A DNA stretch of 64,000 nucleotides from Raillietiella orientalis (lineage: Eukaryota), in contig JAYWIR010000038.1 in assembly GCA_036172245.1 (NCBI GenBank), positions 248,001-312,000 of the forward strand. Reading direction: 5' to 3'. Every line of letters begins with the position of its first letter. The stretch's first letter is position 1. Below, in pieces: positions 26,401-38,999 of this stretch. A program made the translations under genes and the position numbers. The notes beneath the pieces are model-generated. The model saw nothing but the letters and a program-made list of their open reading frames with translations. It was not told where the DNA came from and ran no database searches.

Positions 26401-27419
26401 CCTCCTCCAAAGAGGCGGACAGTCCTTCAGCACCACTTGAGGACCTAAAAAAAGGAAAAGGAGGCCCGGAAGGAGGAGCCGCGAAAACGGAAGAACCCAC
26501 TTGGTTTCCCTTCGTTTGGGAATCCAGAGCGCGGGGGTCTGCCCGGATGTTACCGCGTTCGCCCCTGCCCCGTCACTGCCCTTCGCGACCAAAGAAACTT
26601 ACTCGGCGTAGCAATGCGCTCGCCGAGAGTCGTGTGCACAGGATCGTTTGTGGGGTCCGGCGGAGAAAGAAAGGAAAGGAAGATCTCATCAGCATCACTC
26701 AGAGAGACGACTTCCTCAGCGTCCGAAGAAGTGCGCCCTCAACGGCGGAAGGAGGACTTTAGTGGAGAGGAACGGGTGTCGTGAACGGAAGGTGGTCCAG
26801 CGATTGCCGTCGCGGGCAGCAGCGACGTTCGCTTTGCTCTCGTCGCTGCCGCCGTCGAGCCGTCCGTCCTCGCCCGCGCTCGGTTTTGCATCGCGCAACG
26901 CGCGGTGCGGAAGGAGATTGGTCCACGAAGACTCTGGGATGAGGCGCCTCCGAGCTTGCGAGCAACAGCTTTTCTTTTTCCTTTTTTTCAACTTTCGTGT
27001 ATGTAGAGAAGATGCGGTGGGGAGGGGACAGGAGGAGGGAGGAGGACGAAGCTTTCTGAGGAGTAAATAAGAAACAGGCAGGAAATCATTCCTGATTCTC
27101 TCTCTCTCTCCCTTTGAACCAACCTTTCTCTCGCGTGATCCTCTGTCGCTGCCAGGAGTCGGCGTCCCGAAGATCGCATCCCTCTCAGCAGCACCTGCGT
27201 GGGCGTGCGCACCGGCAGCGTTCGGCGCATCTTTCACGGCCTGCGCTGAACACGCCCATAGCGGGAATCTGCCCTAAGCGCAGAGGGAGGGCCGTTCCGC
27301 GAATGGCCACCAGAGCGGCCTTTGAACTGCCGGGGATGAATCACGTGGACGATCGAAAGGATAGCGGTCGCGTCCTCCCACCCTTCCTGCATTCACCGAC
27401 CTGCGCTCATTCCACGCTG

Positions 27420-27970
27420 GGGAAAGCTGCGGAAAGCTCCTTCTGAAGGAGGCGAAGTGGTCCCCAGCGTGCTGGAGCAGTGCTGCTACTCATAAAGTGG
27501 CAGGAGTCGGCGATCCTTTTGTTGCATTGGGGTCTCCCTCCCGTGCAACGCCCACCAACGCCACTGAACCTGGGCAGTGCGAGCCCCAGCTGCAACAGGC
27601 GCGGGGAGCGTGAATCCCTCCTGCACCTGCCAATGGATTGTGCAGCTCTCCGACCTTTTGTTTTGCTGCATCCCTGCAGACCCCGAAGTTAACCCCAGAG
27701 ACGTTCTGAAGCGCCTCTTCCCGCGCGACGCCCTCACGCCGACCGCATCCCCAGCAGCACTTTCCTGCCTACGCGGGATCGTGACTGCATGGAGGCTGTT
27801 CCAGAGAAGTGCAGAACGACAGGGACGTCACCTATTCTGCTTTCCTCTTTATGAGGACAGCGTCAAGATGGCCCCATCTGGGAGCCTTGAAACAGGAACT
27901 TGTCGGCATCCTTACAAGGATGCAGAGGACGCTCTCCAGCACCCGGTGATCCCTTCCCATTTGGCCGGCT
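27420..27970 (+). mobile_element. L1/Tx1-like ORF2 C-terminus (zf-RVT)
   Basis: KWQESAILLLHWGLP...PSCNRRGERESLLHLPMDC is a zf-RVT CCHC. Homologous to 58840-59300 (-) and 62280-62720 (+). Confidence 0.72.
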
Positions 27971-28489
27971 GACTACTGTCCAGATGCTCCCTGTGGTAGG
28001 GCAGAGCCGTGGCTAGGGAGATCTTTTCAGCCCACGCACGCGTGAGTGGTGGGCTGCACGATGACCTCCTTCAGCGAGCGGTTGTTGTAGGAGTGCAGCA
28101 GTCACTGCCGCAACTCGAGACTCTCTTCAGATGAGTTCTTTGACTGTTCCTCCGGTTGGGTCGAAGACATCTCAAGACAAGATGTACCATTTTTTTCCAT
28201 TTCCATTTCTGAGCACTGCTCAAAACATTAAAGAGGAGACAAGAGAAAGATTCCTCCTTCTCTGTCGCCTTGCTTTAACGTTAAAAGGCACGATCCGCGT
28301 TCCTCATTTCGAATGTTCAATCCACTGATATGTTGAATTTTTAGATACATGATCAAATTTAGAATTAAATTTAGCTCCGAATTAAATTTGGTTCCCAGTC
28401 ACGATCAAGATAAGATACAGCTCAAAGCCGCAGACTTCGCCCCGTGTTTCGCGTGCACTCGTTCGTCCCATATTTCCCTTTTTGGCAAA

Positions 28490-28755
28490 TAAAGAGTATC
28501 TGCATCCTTCCCCGTTTGGGTCCCCGGTTCCTCCCGTTTTCCCCCTATATGTTTTCTTGTTTTCGTTTTTTTTTTTTTTTTCGTTGTTGTTTCCCCTACC
28601 CCCTCTGCTGCCGAGGCGAACCTCGCCGGCGTAAGCGCTGACTCCAGGTCAGGTTCCCATTTTTGCACTTGTGACGTAGCGGGATCAAGCGTCCTGCCAT
28701 CGACATCTATGTTTATTTTATGTAAATAAACGCCTCGGCGCAACCGGTTGTCAAC
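28490..28755 (+). mobile_element. Isolated L1/Tx1-family 3' UTR
   Basis: T-rich tract, then ctgccgaggcgaacctcgccgg, then AATAAAcgcctcggcgcaaccgg, as at other element ends. Confidence 0.65.
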
Positions 28756-31700
28756 TTTGCGTTCACCGCATGGCGCGGCGATCAACCCGCCCCGTCGCCT
28801 CGTTCGCCGGGGGCGTCGAAAGAGGATGCCGTCTTCAGGCCATCTCGAAGCCGCCGTTACATCTGCGGACGCTCGGCGCAAGACGCGTCCGGATGGTTCC
28901 CTACGTGCAGACTCGCACGAAACCATGCCATCCATCGGATACCGCGAGGAGCTGCCAGAGCTCCGCCGATCCCGATTTGCCACGCCGCACGTCAGGACGT
29001 CCCTAAGGAAGTGAAAAGCACGTGGAAGGCTCGAGATGGACCGTGGGAGACGGGAGCCGATTTTTCCAGAGCCGCTCCTCGCGTGCTGGGTGGCGCGGAT
29101 CTCCGTCGGAGATCCCGAACGCCCGCTCGGCAGTGACCCCCCCCCCCTCACACCTACGCGTTCCTGAATGGGTCCCTCCATCCCGTCTCGAAGATCTCGA
29201 CCGGGAGAGCACTCCCTCGCGTGCACTTCGCCAGGGGAAGGCTCGCTCTTGAGGCGTGAACTTCGGTCCTTTCGGCGACATGGAACACTCCCGGAGATGG
29301 CGCAATTTAGCGTTCCGGAAGACGAGCCAAATCAACCGGGATCCTACGGGCAAAGACGAAGCCTTGCAACGAACCATAAGGCTCCCAGGATGCTTGACAA
29401 CGGACTCCATGGATACCCTCCCCTTCCCTCCCTAGTGGCGATTCCGAAAGCTGAGAAGAGCGCGAAAATGGAAGCGACGCCTTAAAGTGCCGGCGAAGCA
29501 GAGGACGAAACGGTCCCGTCTTGTCCTTCCGGGATGCGTGGATGTCCGCAACGCGATCGGCGTTCAACGCGGTGGTCGCTCCTAGTTTCCCGGGTCGTCC
29601 TCGCAACGAATGCGCTGTCGGCAGGAACGCGACTTCGCCGTTGCTCTTCCCTCGCCAGCCGTCCCGCTGAGCCACGACTTCGTTCCTCCGCATTTCGTTT
29701 CCGGATGCCTTGGGGTCAAAGGATGCTGGAGCCGCCATCACGGCGGAACTCTCCTCGAAACTTGGGTGGCTGCAGGAAGGGGGGCAAGTGCACCCCCAGG
29801 TCACGCCGGACGAGATGGCTGCGAACTATCGAAGACCACGGGGAGCGGAAACCGCTTCTCCGAGGGGCAAGTCACCGGTGACCCAAGTGACCTGAGGGTT
29901 CGAGCATGCGAGGAAGGGCGCGACGCTCTTGGCTTTCCTTGTACCACCGGTGGCGAGTGCGTTCCTCCGGCGCGGAGCTAAGCAGCCCGGTCGCAACGAA
30001 AGAGGTCGCCCAGCGTCTACCACGTCTTCCGGGGTTAGCCACGCTTCACCGTGGCGTGCCTGATCAAGAGGAATGGCAGCAACGGTCAAAAAATAGATCC
30101 AGGAGTGGTCTCCTGCCTTCTTGGAAAGCATTCCAGGATGCACACCGTACGTACGTTAGAGCGAGCGGAATCCCCAATACGGTGCGTATTGATCGCGATT
30201 TTATAAACACACATACGCACACACACAGTTCGTGCATAAGTTGTATTTTTTTTTAAAAAAAAATTGTGTGCCTTCTTCTTCAAAAAAGCACACAATTCCG
30301 TGTGTGCAGTTCTATTTTTTTTTTTTTTAAAAAAAAAAAAAGCAATAAAACTGCACATACGTTCGCTACGGACAACGGGAACATCAGGAAAAAAAAAATT
30401 CCCGCATGTAAGCAAACGTGTATATGTGTATGCATACTCCTTGACGTCTTCATGCATCTGCAAATACACAAATGCGTGAAGACGTATTTGTACAGGGGAA
30501 TGAATTTTGAGGTGGTCACCTGTTCCGTTTACCCCGGAACCGACATCACGATGACGAACGTGTCCCGGTAACAAGTGGTCGTCAAGGCGAAGCACGCGTT
30601 AGCGCACGGGGCTTGGAAGGATTCGGAGGTGTGCGCGAGAGACCACGCACAGAATCCACTCTGGATGTTCGTGGGGTGCTGTTCCACTTAGGGAGAACGA
30701 AAAGTGGTTCTGCAGCTTCTGTTCATTTCACGTGGGAAGTCGTCTTTCACTTGTTCGTAGGTCTGTTTGTTTTTTGTTTGTTTGCTTGTCTGTTTGTTTC
30801 TCAAAGAAGTAAACGCTCCGACGTGACCGGGTAGCAAAAGAGTTTTCTGGAAGATGATCTCTGGAGAGGTAGCGATGACGCAAAATCGGAATCTCGCGTG
30901 ATTATTGGTTAGAAGGATGGCTCGAGAGAGGTAATTCGTCTAGCTGGAGAGCGCCCCGCAACGATCCCCGCTTTGGTGCTGGGGATGGGCGCCAACCTGC
31001 CGCTCGTTGCGACGAAAGGGCTGTGCTGGCCGCCGCCACCGCTCGATCCCAGCCTCCGGTCTCAGCAACCGCACCCCAGAAGCGGCAGCACTCGGGGTGC
31101 GGCCGCGACTACTCCGAGGTCCCGGGGGGTCTGGGCCGAAAAGGTGAACCTCGGTCACGCCCATGGGGAGTCGGAGGGAGGAAGGGACGAGAGGGGGGAG
31201 GCGGAGGAGTTGCTGCCCCCCTCCGTACCGGCCGAACCGCAAGCAGAGTGCTGGGCGCGATCGATACCCACGGGAAGCTCGCGGGGACTTTCCTGTCTTC
31301 GGAATAGGGCGGCAGAGGTCGAAGGGGGGAGCAAATTAAGTTCCTATCAGGGGTAATTTGAGATGAGTGATCCTTTTTTAATTGGGCGCGGAAAGAGTGC
31401 TACTGGACTCAGCCTCCCGAGCCGAGATCACTCCCAGAACGGCGACTAATGAGCTTTCCGAAGTAGCAAAGTCGAAAACACATACGCGGAAAAAAAAACA
31501 AAAAAGAAACTTCCTTGATTACGGAAGATGCCGAAAGCCAATTACAGGATGGGTCCGGGAGCGAGGCGAGGGGGCTCACGAGGTACGACTGAAGGCCGGG
31601 GAGGGAGGTTGAAGGGGGGAGGGAAGAAGGATATGCCCCTGCAGACGAGGAACGCCTTGCGGCATTTGCCTTCCGACTGCGGCAACGATGGACGACGCCG

Positions 31701-31920
31701 TTCCCCTGCGGAGAAGGATGGATTCCTCTTCCCATTTTCTTTTCTTCCCCCCCCCCTCGCCCCCCCTGTCCTAGTGGTTCTCCGAATTCGGGCTCCTCAT
31801 CTCGCGATGCCCACAGCCTTTCGGATGAAGAAGAACTCTGGGAAAATTCCGCCGTGCTTGTGGCAGGGGAGGGCAAGCCATCACGAGCGCCCTTTCTCGG
31901 AATTGTCTTCTCCCCAACTT

Positions 31921-32230
31921 GTTTTGACTCCCGGGTGCGCCGGGGCGTTTATTTGAACAACAAACAAGCATGTGTAGGGCCATCGGCCCTACAACGTCCG
32001 AAAGAGTTCGGAATTTGCCGAGTCACCGGCACGCAGGCCGGCGAGGTTCGACTCGGCAGTGGAGGGGGAGGTGACAAACAAAAACATACAAAAAAAAGAA
32101 AACCCTATTTACAAAAGCAAGGGTGGGCTGGGGAAGGGATCATGTTTTACTTCAGGCCGTCCTCTACATCCTTTCCAGGATGCCGGCAAGTTGCATCCGC
32201 ATACGTCCCAGATGGGGCCATCCGGCTGCC
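31921..32230 (-). mobile_element. L1/Tx1-family 3' end (ORF2 tail and 3' UTR)
   Basis: Minus strand reads cttgccggcatcctgg...gatcccttccc, then ctgccgagtcgaacctcgccgg, then AATAAAcgccccggcgcacccgggagtcaaaa. Confidence 0.7.
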
Positions 32231-32499
32231 GTCCTCAGGAAGCCGAGGGCGGAGCAGATGGCGTCCCTCTCCCTAACTTGTGGTGACGTGGACAGCGTAG
32301 AGGAAGCTCCTTCGATGCAGGTCCTCTCGGTTCCACTAGGGGCTGGTGAAACCCGTTCCTCTAGGGATTCTCAAAGCCCTAGCGACGGACTTTATTCAGG
32401 GGAAGAAGGATCCATCCGTCGGCGCTGCCGCAGGGGAACCCTTCCGAAGGGAGAGCAGACAGACTTTGATCTCTTGGGGTGACCTCAGCGTGCTCGCGC

Positions 32500-33662
32500 C
32501 CTCTCCAGGATGCGAAAAGTAGCAGCAGCGCGTAGTGCACCCTGGAACAGGGTAGCTGCAGGCAAACTTGATGAGGAATGGTCCGCGGCTCGCTGCTGGT
32601 CACCGAAATGCCGAAGTTCTTCTCCCGGAGACGGGATGCGCGCTGCCCACGTCCATCTCCGCCGGCACGTCCTTCGCGTCGATTCTGAACCATGCATCAT
32701 GGCTGAACCGTGGAGAACTGCCCTTCCACCTGCAGCCACTGCCTCCAAGGGCGAGAAACCATTTCGAATTCCAAGGGGCATCCGCTGAGGTCATCATCAA
32801 CGCACACTTGCGGAGAACCCGCTTCCGAGGCCAAGAGGGTGCTATGAACGCAGCAGCGAGATGGTTTTGGTGGCTGCATCTTTTCTTGTTCTTCCCATGG
32901 TAGAAGCGCATGTCAGCAAACAAAAGACGGAAAGAAAAGGAAACAAACATTGAGTAGTAGTGAAGATGCTGGGCGAAAACTCTTCTCGCCTGTTTCCATG
33001 GAGAAATACATGGAGGAGCAGTTTCAGCACTGCTCGACTCCCAAGAGTAAAATTTCAACCATCCATCAAACAAGGCACTACAGGATCAAAACTATAAAAA
33101 AAAAAATGGTTTCATCATTCTTTCCGATACAATTCAGTGATAGAAGTGGTTGTCAGGTATCTTCTTCCTTGAAGAAATAATAATTTCGAATGATGTTTCG
33201 AAAGAGACATCGCATTCACTTGTTTTTTCCAAGTAGAAACATGACACACGAGATGCTGAAGACACTGTCAAGCCATCACGGCGAAAGTTCTTAACGTACA
33301 GGAAAACATTTTCCAAAGCCACCTTAGTTAAGCCCGACGGATACAATTGGTGTGGTTCCGATTCAGTTATGTAAAGAGCGAAACGAGAAAAGGAAGAAGC
33401 GTAGAATAAGACCAATAAGCATGGTCTATGCATTTCCACGGTTCTTCCACGGTGGAGTACTCAGGAGCTTCTACTGTCTGCCTCGTAGCAAGAAGGATAG
33501 AAGGGCGATTGCTCTTTCTGGTTGTCGCTTTTCCTGCTGCTGTGACCACCTCAGCGGAGCAGCAGGAGGACACACCGTGAGGTTCGACCCAGAACCAGTG
33601 GTGGACAAGCTTTTTTGAGTCGAAGGGTCGCATGTGGCCCGCAGGCGGCAAGTCGCCGTACA
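32500..33662 (-). pseudogene. TEP-like exon cluster (MG6b-MG7 region)
   Basis: Exons 33662-33576 (..MRPFDSKKLVHHWFWVEPH), ~33365-33300 (YPSGLTKVALENVF), 32841-32730 (..QVCVDDDLSGCPLEFEMVSRPWRQWLQ) and from 32555 (LPCSRV). The last two junctions are phase-consistent GT-AG. Compare the TEP motifs FPESWLW, PDSITTW, G.CV and LRLPYSV. Confidence 0.5.
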
Positions 33663-33688
33663 CTTTGTGCCGTTTTCACCTCCCTTAG

Positions 33689-35815
33689 GTGACATCCGGT
33701 GCTTCCGAAGGCAACCGTTTCCTCGGTAAAGAGAATCCTCCAAACACCTCGGCACACTTATTATTGCGTTTCCTCGTCCCAGTCCTTTCTTTCACGAGTA
33801 AGCAGCACGTTGAGATGGATCCTTTGAAATTTTCCTTCCCGAACTGTTCTGCATTTTCCCGGACTCCCCATCCTTTATTTAATCATATTTCCAGGTGTCC
33901 ATGTGTAAAGGCATTTTCCTTGCCACAGCTGCCATTCGAATCCCCCCCCCCCCCCCATTTTTCTGGCGCCCTCACAGAACGGCATAACCGTTTCCAAGCC
34001 GATACTCTCCGTAACCAACGAGTGCCAGGAGACTCCTTCCTTGTCCGACTGCTTTGTTTCTTCCAGTGTACAAGTACAGTCACCGAAACACGGCTCAACA
34101 CGGGGAATTCGATGAGCATTCCCCAACACCTAAGATTCTTCATTATGTTGTTGACCTCAGCTATGGATCCTCATTACTCGGCATTCTTAGTCACATGGAA
34201 ATTCGTTCATGACATGGTTATTTATGCCCAGAGTTTGCATCGAAATCAAGTCATTCAAAATCATCTGAAAGAATCCTTTCATAAACTTCTATATGAAAGT
34301 AAATATTTTTCAAATGATCATTTTCCCAATGATTTTTCCCTCGATGGCTATTTCCCCAACTATTGCTTTTCCAATGATTGTTCTCCCGATATTTACTCTG
34401 AAAACGACTATCCTCCAAAGGATCACTTGCCTTATGGTTCTTTTTACAATAGCTATTTTCCACATAATTATTCTCCTAATAATAACATCCCAAATGATAA
34501 TTCGCCCAACGTTTGCTTTCTCAATGTTCAACTTTCCATCGATTACCTCTTCAATGATTACTCCCCCAATGCTAACTTTCTGATTGATGATTCTTCCAAT
34601 GACTATTCTTCCAATGATCAATTTCCCAATGAGTATGTCTCCAATGAGTATTCTCCCGATGATTATTTTCCTAATGGGAATTCTCCCAATGCTGACTTTC
34701 TGAATGATTATTCTTCTAATGACTACTCTTCCGATGATTATTCTCTCAATGGTTATTCTCCTAATGATTATTTTCCCAATTATTACTCTCCCAATGTTTA
34801 TTTTCCCAATGAGTATTCTGCCAAGGAAAATTCTCTCAATGGTTATTCTCCCAGTGCTGACCTTATCAATAATTACATTCTCAATGATTATCCTCCCAAT
34901 GCTGACTTTCTAAATGATTATTCTTCTAATGACTATTTTTCCAATGATTATTCCCTTAATGGTTATTCTCCCAATGATTATCCTGCCAATGATTGTTTTC
35001 CCAATGAGTATTCTCCCAATTATGTCCCCAATGGTTATCTTTCCAATGAGAATTCTCCCAGTGCTGACTTTCTGAAAGACTATTCTCCCCATGATTATTT
35101 TCCTAATGAGAATTTTTCCATTGTTAACTTTCTGAATGATTATTCCTCTAATGACTATTTTTCCAATGATTATTCTTTTAATGGTTATTCTCCCAATGAT
35201 TATCCTGCCAATGATTGTTTTCCCAATGAGTATTCTCCCAATTATTTCCCAAATGGTTATTTTTCGAATGAGAATTCTTCAGATGCTAACTTTCTGAATG
35301 ATTATTCTTTTAATGACTACTTTTCCGATGATAATTCTCTCAATGGCTATTCTCTCAATAATTCTTTCCCCAATGGGAATTCTCCCAATGCTGACTTTCT
35401 GAGTGATTATTCTGCCAATGATTGCATTCCCAATGAGAATTCTCTCAATGGTCATTTTCCTAATGGTTATTCTCCCAATGACTATTTTCTCAATTATTAT
35501 TCTCCCAATATTTATTTTCCCAATGAGTATTCTGCCAATGAAAATTCTCTCAATGGTTATTCTCCCAGTGCTGACTGTATCAATGATTATATTCCCAATG
35601 ATTATCCTCCTAATGCTGACTTTCTGAATGATTATTTTCCCAATGGTTATTCTCCCAATGATTATTTTCTCAATGGTTACTTTCCCAATGAATATTCTAC
35701 CAATGATTGTTTTCCCCACAACCATCCACCCCATGACTACCTTCCAAATGGTTACTTCCCCAATGAATGTTTGGCCGATGATTATTCTCCTACCGATGTT
35801 TTGCCCATTGATTGA
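33689..35815 (+). CDS. Candidate Asn/Asp/Tyr/Ser/Pro-rich pentapeptide-repeat protein (true start uncertain)
   Basis: 708-codon stop-free frame. About 100 N-[DEG]-Y-[SF]-[PSL] units with frequent synonymous third-position variation. The internal indels I saw are 3-nt, giving NYVP/NYFP units. Confidence 0.4.
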   Translation: MTSGASEGNRFLGKENPPNTSAHLLLRFLVPVLSFTSKQHVEMDPLKFSFPNCSAFSRTPHPLFNHISRCPCVKAFSLPQLPFESPPPPHFSGALTERHNRFQADTLRNQRVPGDSFLVRLLCFFQCTSTVTETRLNTGNSMSIPQHLRFFIMLLTSAMDPHYSAFLVTWKFVHDMVIYAQSLHRNQVIQNHLKESFHKLLYESKYFSNDHFPNDFSLDGYFPNYCFSNDCSPDIYSENDYPPKDHLPYGSFYNSYFPHNYSPNNNIPNDNSPNVCFLNVQLSIDYLFNDYSPNANFLIDDSSNDYSSNDQFPNEYVSNEYSPDDYFPNGNSPNADFLNDYSSNDYSSDDYSLNGYSPNDYFPNYYSPNVYFPNEYSAKENSLNGYSPSADLINNYILNDYPPNADFLNDYSSNDYFSNDYSLNGYSPNDYPANDCFPNEYSPNYVPNGYLSNENSPSADFLKDYSPHDYFPNENFSIVNFLNDYSSNDYFSNDYSFNGYSPNDYPANDCFPNEYSPNYFPNGYFSNENSSDANFLNDYSFNDYFSDDNSLNGYSLNNSFPNGNSPNADFLSDYSANDCIPNENSLNGHFPNGYSPNDYFLNYYSPNIYFPNEYSANENSLNGYSPSADCINDYIPNDYPPNADFLNDYFPNGYSPNDYFLNGYFPNEYSTNDCFPHNHPPHDYLPNGYFPNECLADDYSPTDVLPID

Positions 35816-35845
35816 TGATTATTTTCGCAGTGATTATACTCTGAC
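34313..35845 (+). repeat. 15-bp minisatellite (consensus AATGATTATTCTCCC) with higher-order duplications
   Basis: Directly visible tandem units. Multi-unit blocks recur, e.g. NADFLNDYSSNDYFSNDYS and NEYSA.ENSLNGYSPSAD. Confidence 0.97.
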
Positions 35846-36944
35846 TCGCCTCAACTTTACATTTCATCTGGAGTTCCTGTTTTTCGGCATTTCTGAGTTT
35901 GAATCGAGGCGGAGAAACTTTCTTCCGCAGACGGCCGCAGGTTGCCCATCGCTGTTACGCGAACTTTCCGGACCTCAAGGCGAGAAGAGTGGGACTCCAT
36001 TTTGAGACAGATGCTGATCTGCATTGCAAGAATGAGCCCAACACTTGGTAAACAAAGATGGCGAATGCACCAAGAGTGGTCACAGAAAGAGACTCCGACC
36101 TCCACGTGGGATTGTCCTTTGAATTCGAATACCATGCAAAAAATTAAATATCGTTTATTATCTAGAATATAAAAGTTGTGCGTCGATACGAAAGGCGCTG
36201 GAAATACTTCCTGGGATCTTTCGCCGGATAGCAAAGGTGGGATGCGACTCTTCGCTTCACAACTTTGCCGGGAAAAGAGAAAACAAGGATTAAAGCTGAA
36301 TTCCCATGTGGCGTTTTCTTTAGGCACCGGCTTGCAACGACAAGCCCTTCTCATTCTGACAGAATCCTGGAACCTTCTGTTTCCGCACCCCTGAAAAGCT
36401 GCTCCGATAGTTCCTCAATGGTAAGCTACATGCACACACACCGGCAAGGACGTTTCTTTTCCTTTTTCGCCATCCTTCTGCTTCCTCTGAGCAGCGCCCT
36501 TGAGTTTGGCTTCTCCGTTGCAAACGATACAGATGGTTACACCCGCAGCTTACAGTTTCCAGTGCTCCCGTGTTCTTGGCTCCAGAAAGGGAATGAGGAA
36601 GCCAATGAACTTCTCATCGCTAGGAATGCACTCTCTGAGTTCTTCGAGGTGAGATGCAGATGTTTACCCTCCCCCCCCCGCTTCCTTCACCAAAAAACAA
36701 CACTGGCATTTTCCACGTAGATGTGAACATGATGCTGCGGCAGCTCCGCATTGGTGCAGAGCGAGCGCGGTCGCGCGACGTTGAGAAAACAACAGCGAAC
36801 CGACAGCACTCTGGCTGCTTTCCCGCAGCTTCCCATGAAGCGGAACCCGCAAAACAAACGGACAAGGAGCATCGGACAAACAAAAGCCTTTCTGTGGCCG
36901 CGTAGATGCAGTCGCCCACACGTGCAAAGCAGAAATGCCGTAAC

Positions 36945-38213
36945 CTGATCCATCCAGAGATTCATTCCTCTTTCTGCGAAGTCGGAATCGATTCCTCCGC
37001 TGCCCGTTCCTTCCTGAGAAGACCGTCTGCCTCTCGTTCTTTTGCAACGCGCGCATTGCGAGCGAGTGCGAAAGAAGGAGCAGCATGTCCAACCGATCAG
37101 GAAGTTCACCTGCAGTGGCCCTTTGAGGAACTTGTAGTCGCCTCCAACCGAGATCCTCAAACTTGTCTTGCGGCAATTTTCTGAAGAGAATACAGGAAGA
37201 TCACCACCTGTGACGACTATGGTCAAAAGACAGCAACATGTGCTTTCCTTATTTTCTCCCGTGGCTCCTTCCCAAGGGAACCTAAGGGCCATTCCTTTGA
37301 GACTCCGATCGCGGCACGCCATCCGAGTCCGATACATCTGCTTGCCGAATGAACTCTTCTCTGTTCGAATGTATCCCGGGAACACAAGTGGCTGAATTAC
37401 TGGGAAACTTTTGCAGCTTTGATTAACTTCCAGGGAACTTTTCGGAAAGCGCACGGTGAACTTACGAAGAGAGAAATCTACAGCATAGAGAACCACATAA
37501 CTCTTCGTCTTCTCTGGTTGGTTCATTCTAAGAAGGATGTTATTCTTCCCTAGGAGGAGATGAATGGATATCATAATCCTTCTTGCTCTTATTGAAGGCG
37601 TTGTTACGGAGCTCATGGCATAAGAGGAAGGAGATTCCCCAGGCAGGGCGCATGGCAACACTGCGTCGATGGCACTTCTCGTTTTCTGAGCGATATGAGA
37701 ACGGAAAAAACGACCCCAAAGGAAGAAATGACCATCCTCTCCAGGCGCTTCCCCAAACTAGGTCCTTTCTGGAAACGGGCACAACTTCTCAAGAACAAAC
37801 GATCTAGCAGACCAGCGTGATTCCTCGGCAATGAAATCCTCGATAGGACACAATAATCCATCCTTAAAGCGAAGATCACAGCTAGCCACCTATAGGTCTG
37901 CATTGAAGATTACCAGAACAGTCACCATGCCGATGGTCTCTTCAGTGGAACTTTTTCCAGACAACTAACGGGAACGGATGGGGAGAGGTGCAGGGTAGAT
38001 GCAGACTCGAACTCAATTCGAACCCTAAAATCAGGCAGCCTGTTCCCTCCTTACAAGCAGCAGCCGTCAGTTTGGTGACAAGAGTGGGCGTGCAAAGGCA
38101 TCCTCTGGGACAATTGTGGGTTTTCATCAGATCTATTTTTTCCCTGCCCTTTGGGGCAGATACTGGATTCTCACCATCGACGACGAGCTCTTCGAACGTG
38201 GAATTGGAAGCTC
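36945..38213 (-). pseudogene. TEP-like exon cluster (MG5 end-MG6a-LNK), seven micro-exons
   Basis: Exons 38213-38175, 37964-37890, 37768-37733, 37549-37466, 37399-37346 (GC donor), 37180-37110 and 37013-36945 splice in consistent phase. Product: ASNSTFEELVVDVVWKKFH*RDHRHGDCSGNLQCRPIERT*FGEAPGEDGKNNILLRMNQPEKTKSYVVLYAVDFSLLIQ...PLQEGTGSGGIDSDFAERGMNLWMDQ. Confidence 0.6.
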
Positions 38214-38999
38214 CTGTGAGCACGAAAGCGAAAGTCTCTGAGGGAGTAGGCATAATAACCATGGCGTTTTTCCTCGTTCCGCTCCAGACGCCTGAGCGAG
38301 CAGGACCATGGGTGGGGAAGACCTAGTGGATGCACTCTGAGTCTCTTTTGCCATCTGTGATGGAGGAAAAAGAGAAAAGGATCCGTAGCTCGGGTGCCTG
38401 CTCGTTTCCAGGCAGGCGAACGAAACGCCTTTTTCGTGGAAGAATCCCGTTGGCTCCCGGGTACTTCCGGGGAGTTTCGGGTGAATGTCCATCCCAAGCA
38501 TTGTCCACCTCAGTGCTACCCAAAATATCTGGCAAGAAACTCCGAAGAAACGTCCGGAGACATTGCTTCCCTTCCTGCTCCCTATTCCTACTCGCGACTC
38601 ACCTCTCCCTGCAAGTGGTTGGGAATCCTCTCCCATCCCACCCTTCCTGCATCCTCCTCTCCTCCTCGTAGTTGCACCCCACAGGTAGATCCACTGGCTT
38701 CAGACTTTTCTGATCTCAAAGCACGCGGTCGACTCGTACCGAATACTTGGTGATTGGCTATTCTACCAACCGCCCTCCAGTGAGCTCGCAGACTTGTCCC
38801 ACCTCCTCATAGAATTGCATTTTCACTCCCGAGGAAGAAGGCCATCCTCGAAGTGTTCTCCGCTCCTTCTTTCTTGTCCTGTCTCCTTAGAGCGCTCCGA
38901 CTGCTGCTTTCACTTCGGCTCCCCGCTGGGACGACCGGCCTCACTTTGGGAAAGCCATCCTTGGATTCACGCGAATCGGAATGGCTAGCCGCAGGAGGC

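Noticed and set aside
28700..31960. Shared RRGVYL peptide in two ORFs suggesting paralogous genes
   Set aside because: It is the antisense translation of the retroelement 3'-end motif (AATAAAcgcc.cggcgca).
34313..35845. CRISPR-like array
   Set aside because: Contiguous 15-bp tandem units without spacers, no cas genes, and a eukaryotic context.
35940..36905. Plus-strand exon candidates with good donors (ATG|GTAAGC, GAG|GTGAGA)
   Set aside because: I could not join them into a phase-consistent open chain. The minus-strand model explains the surrounding islands better.
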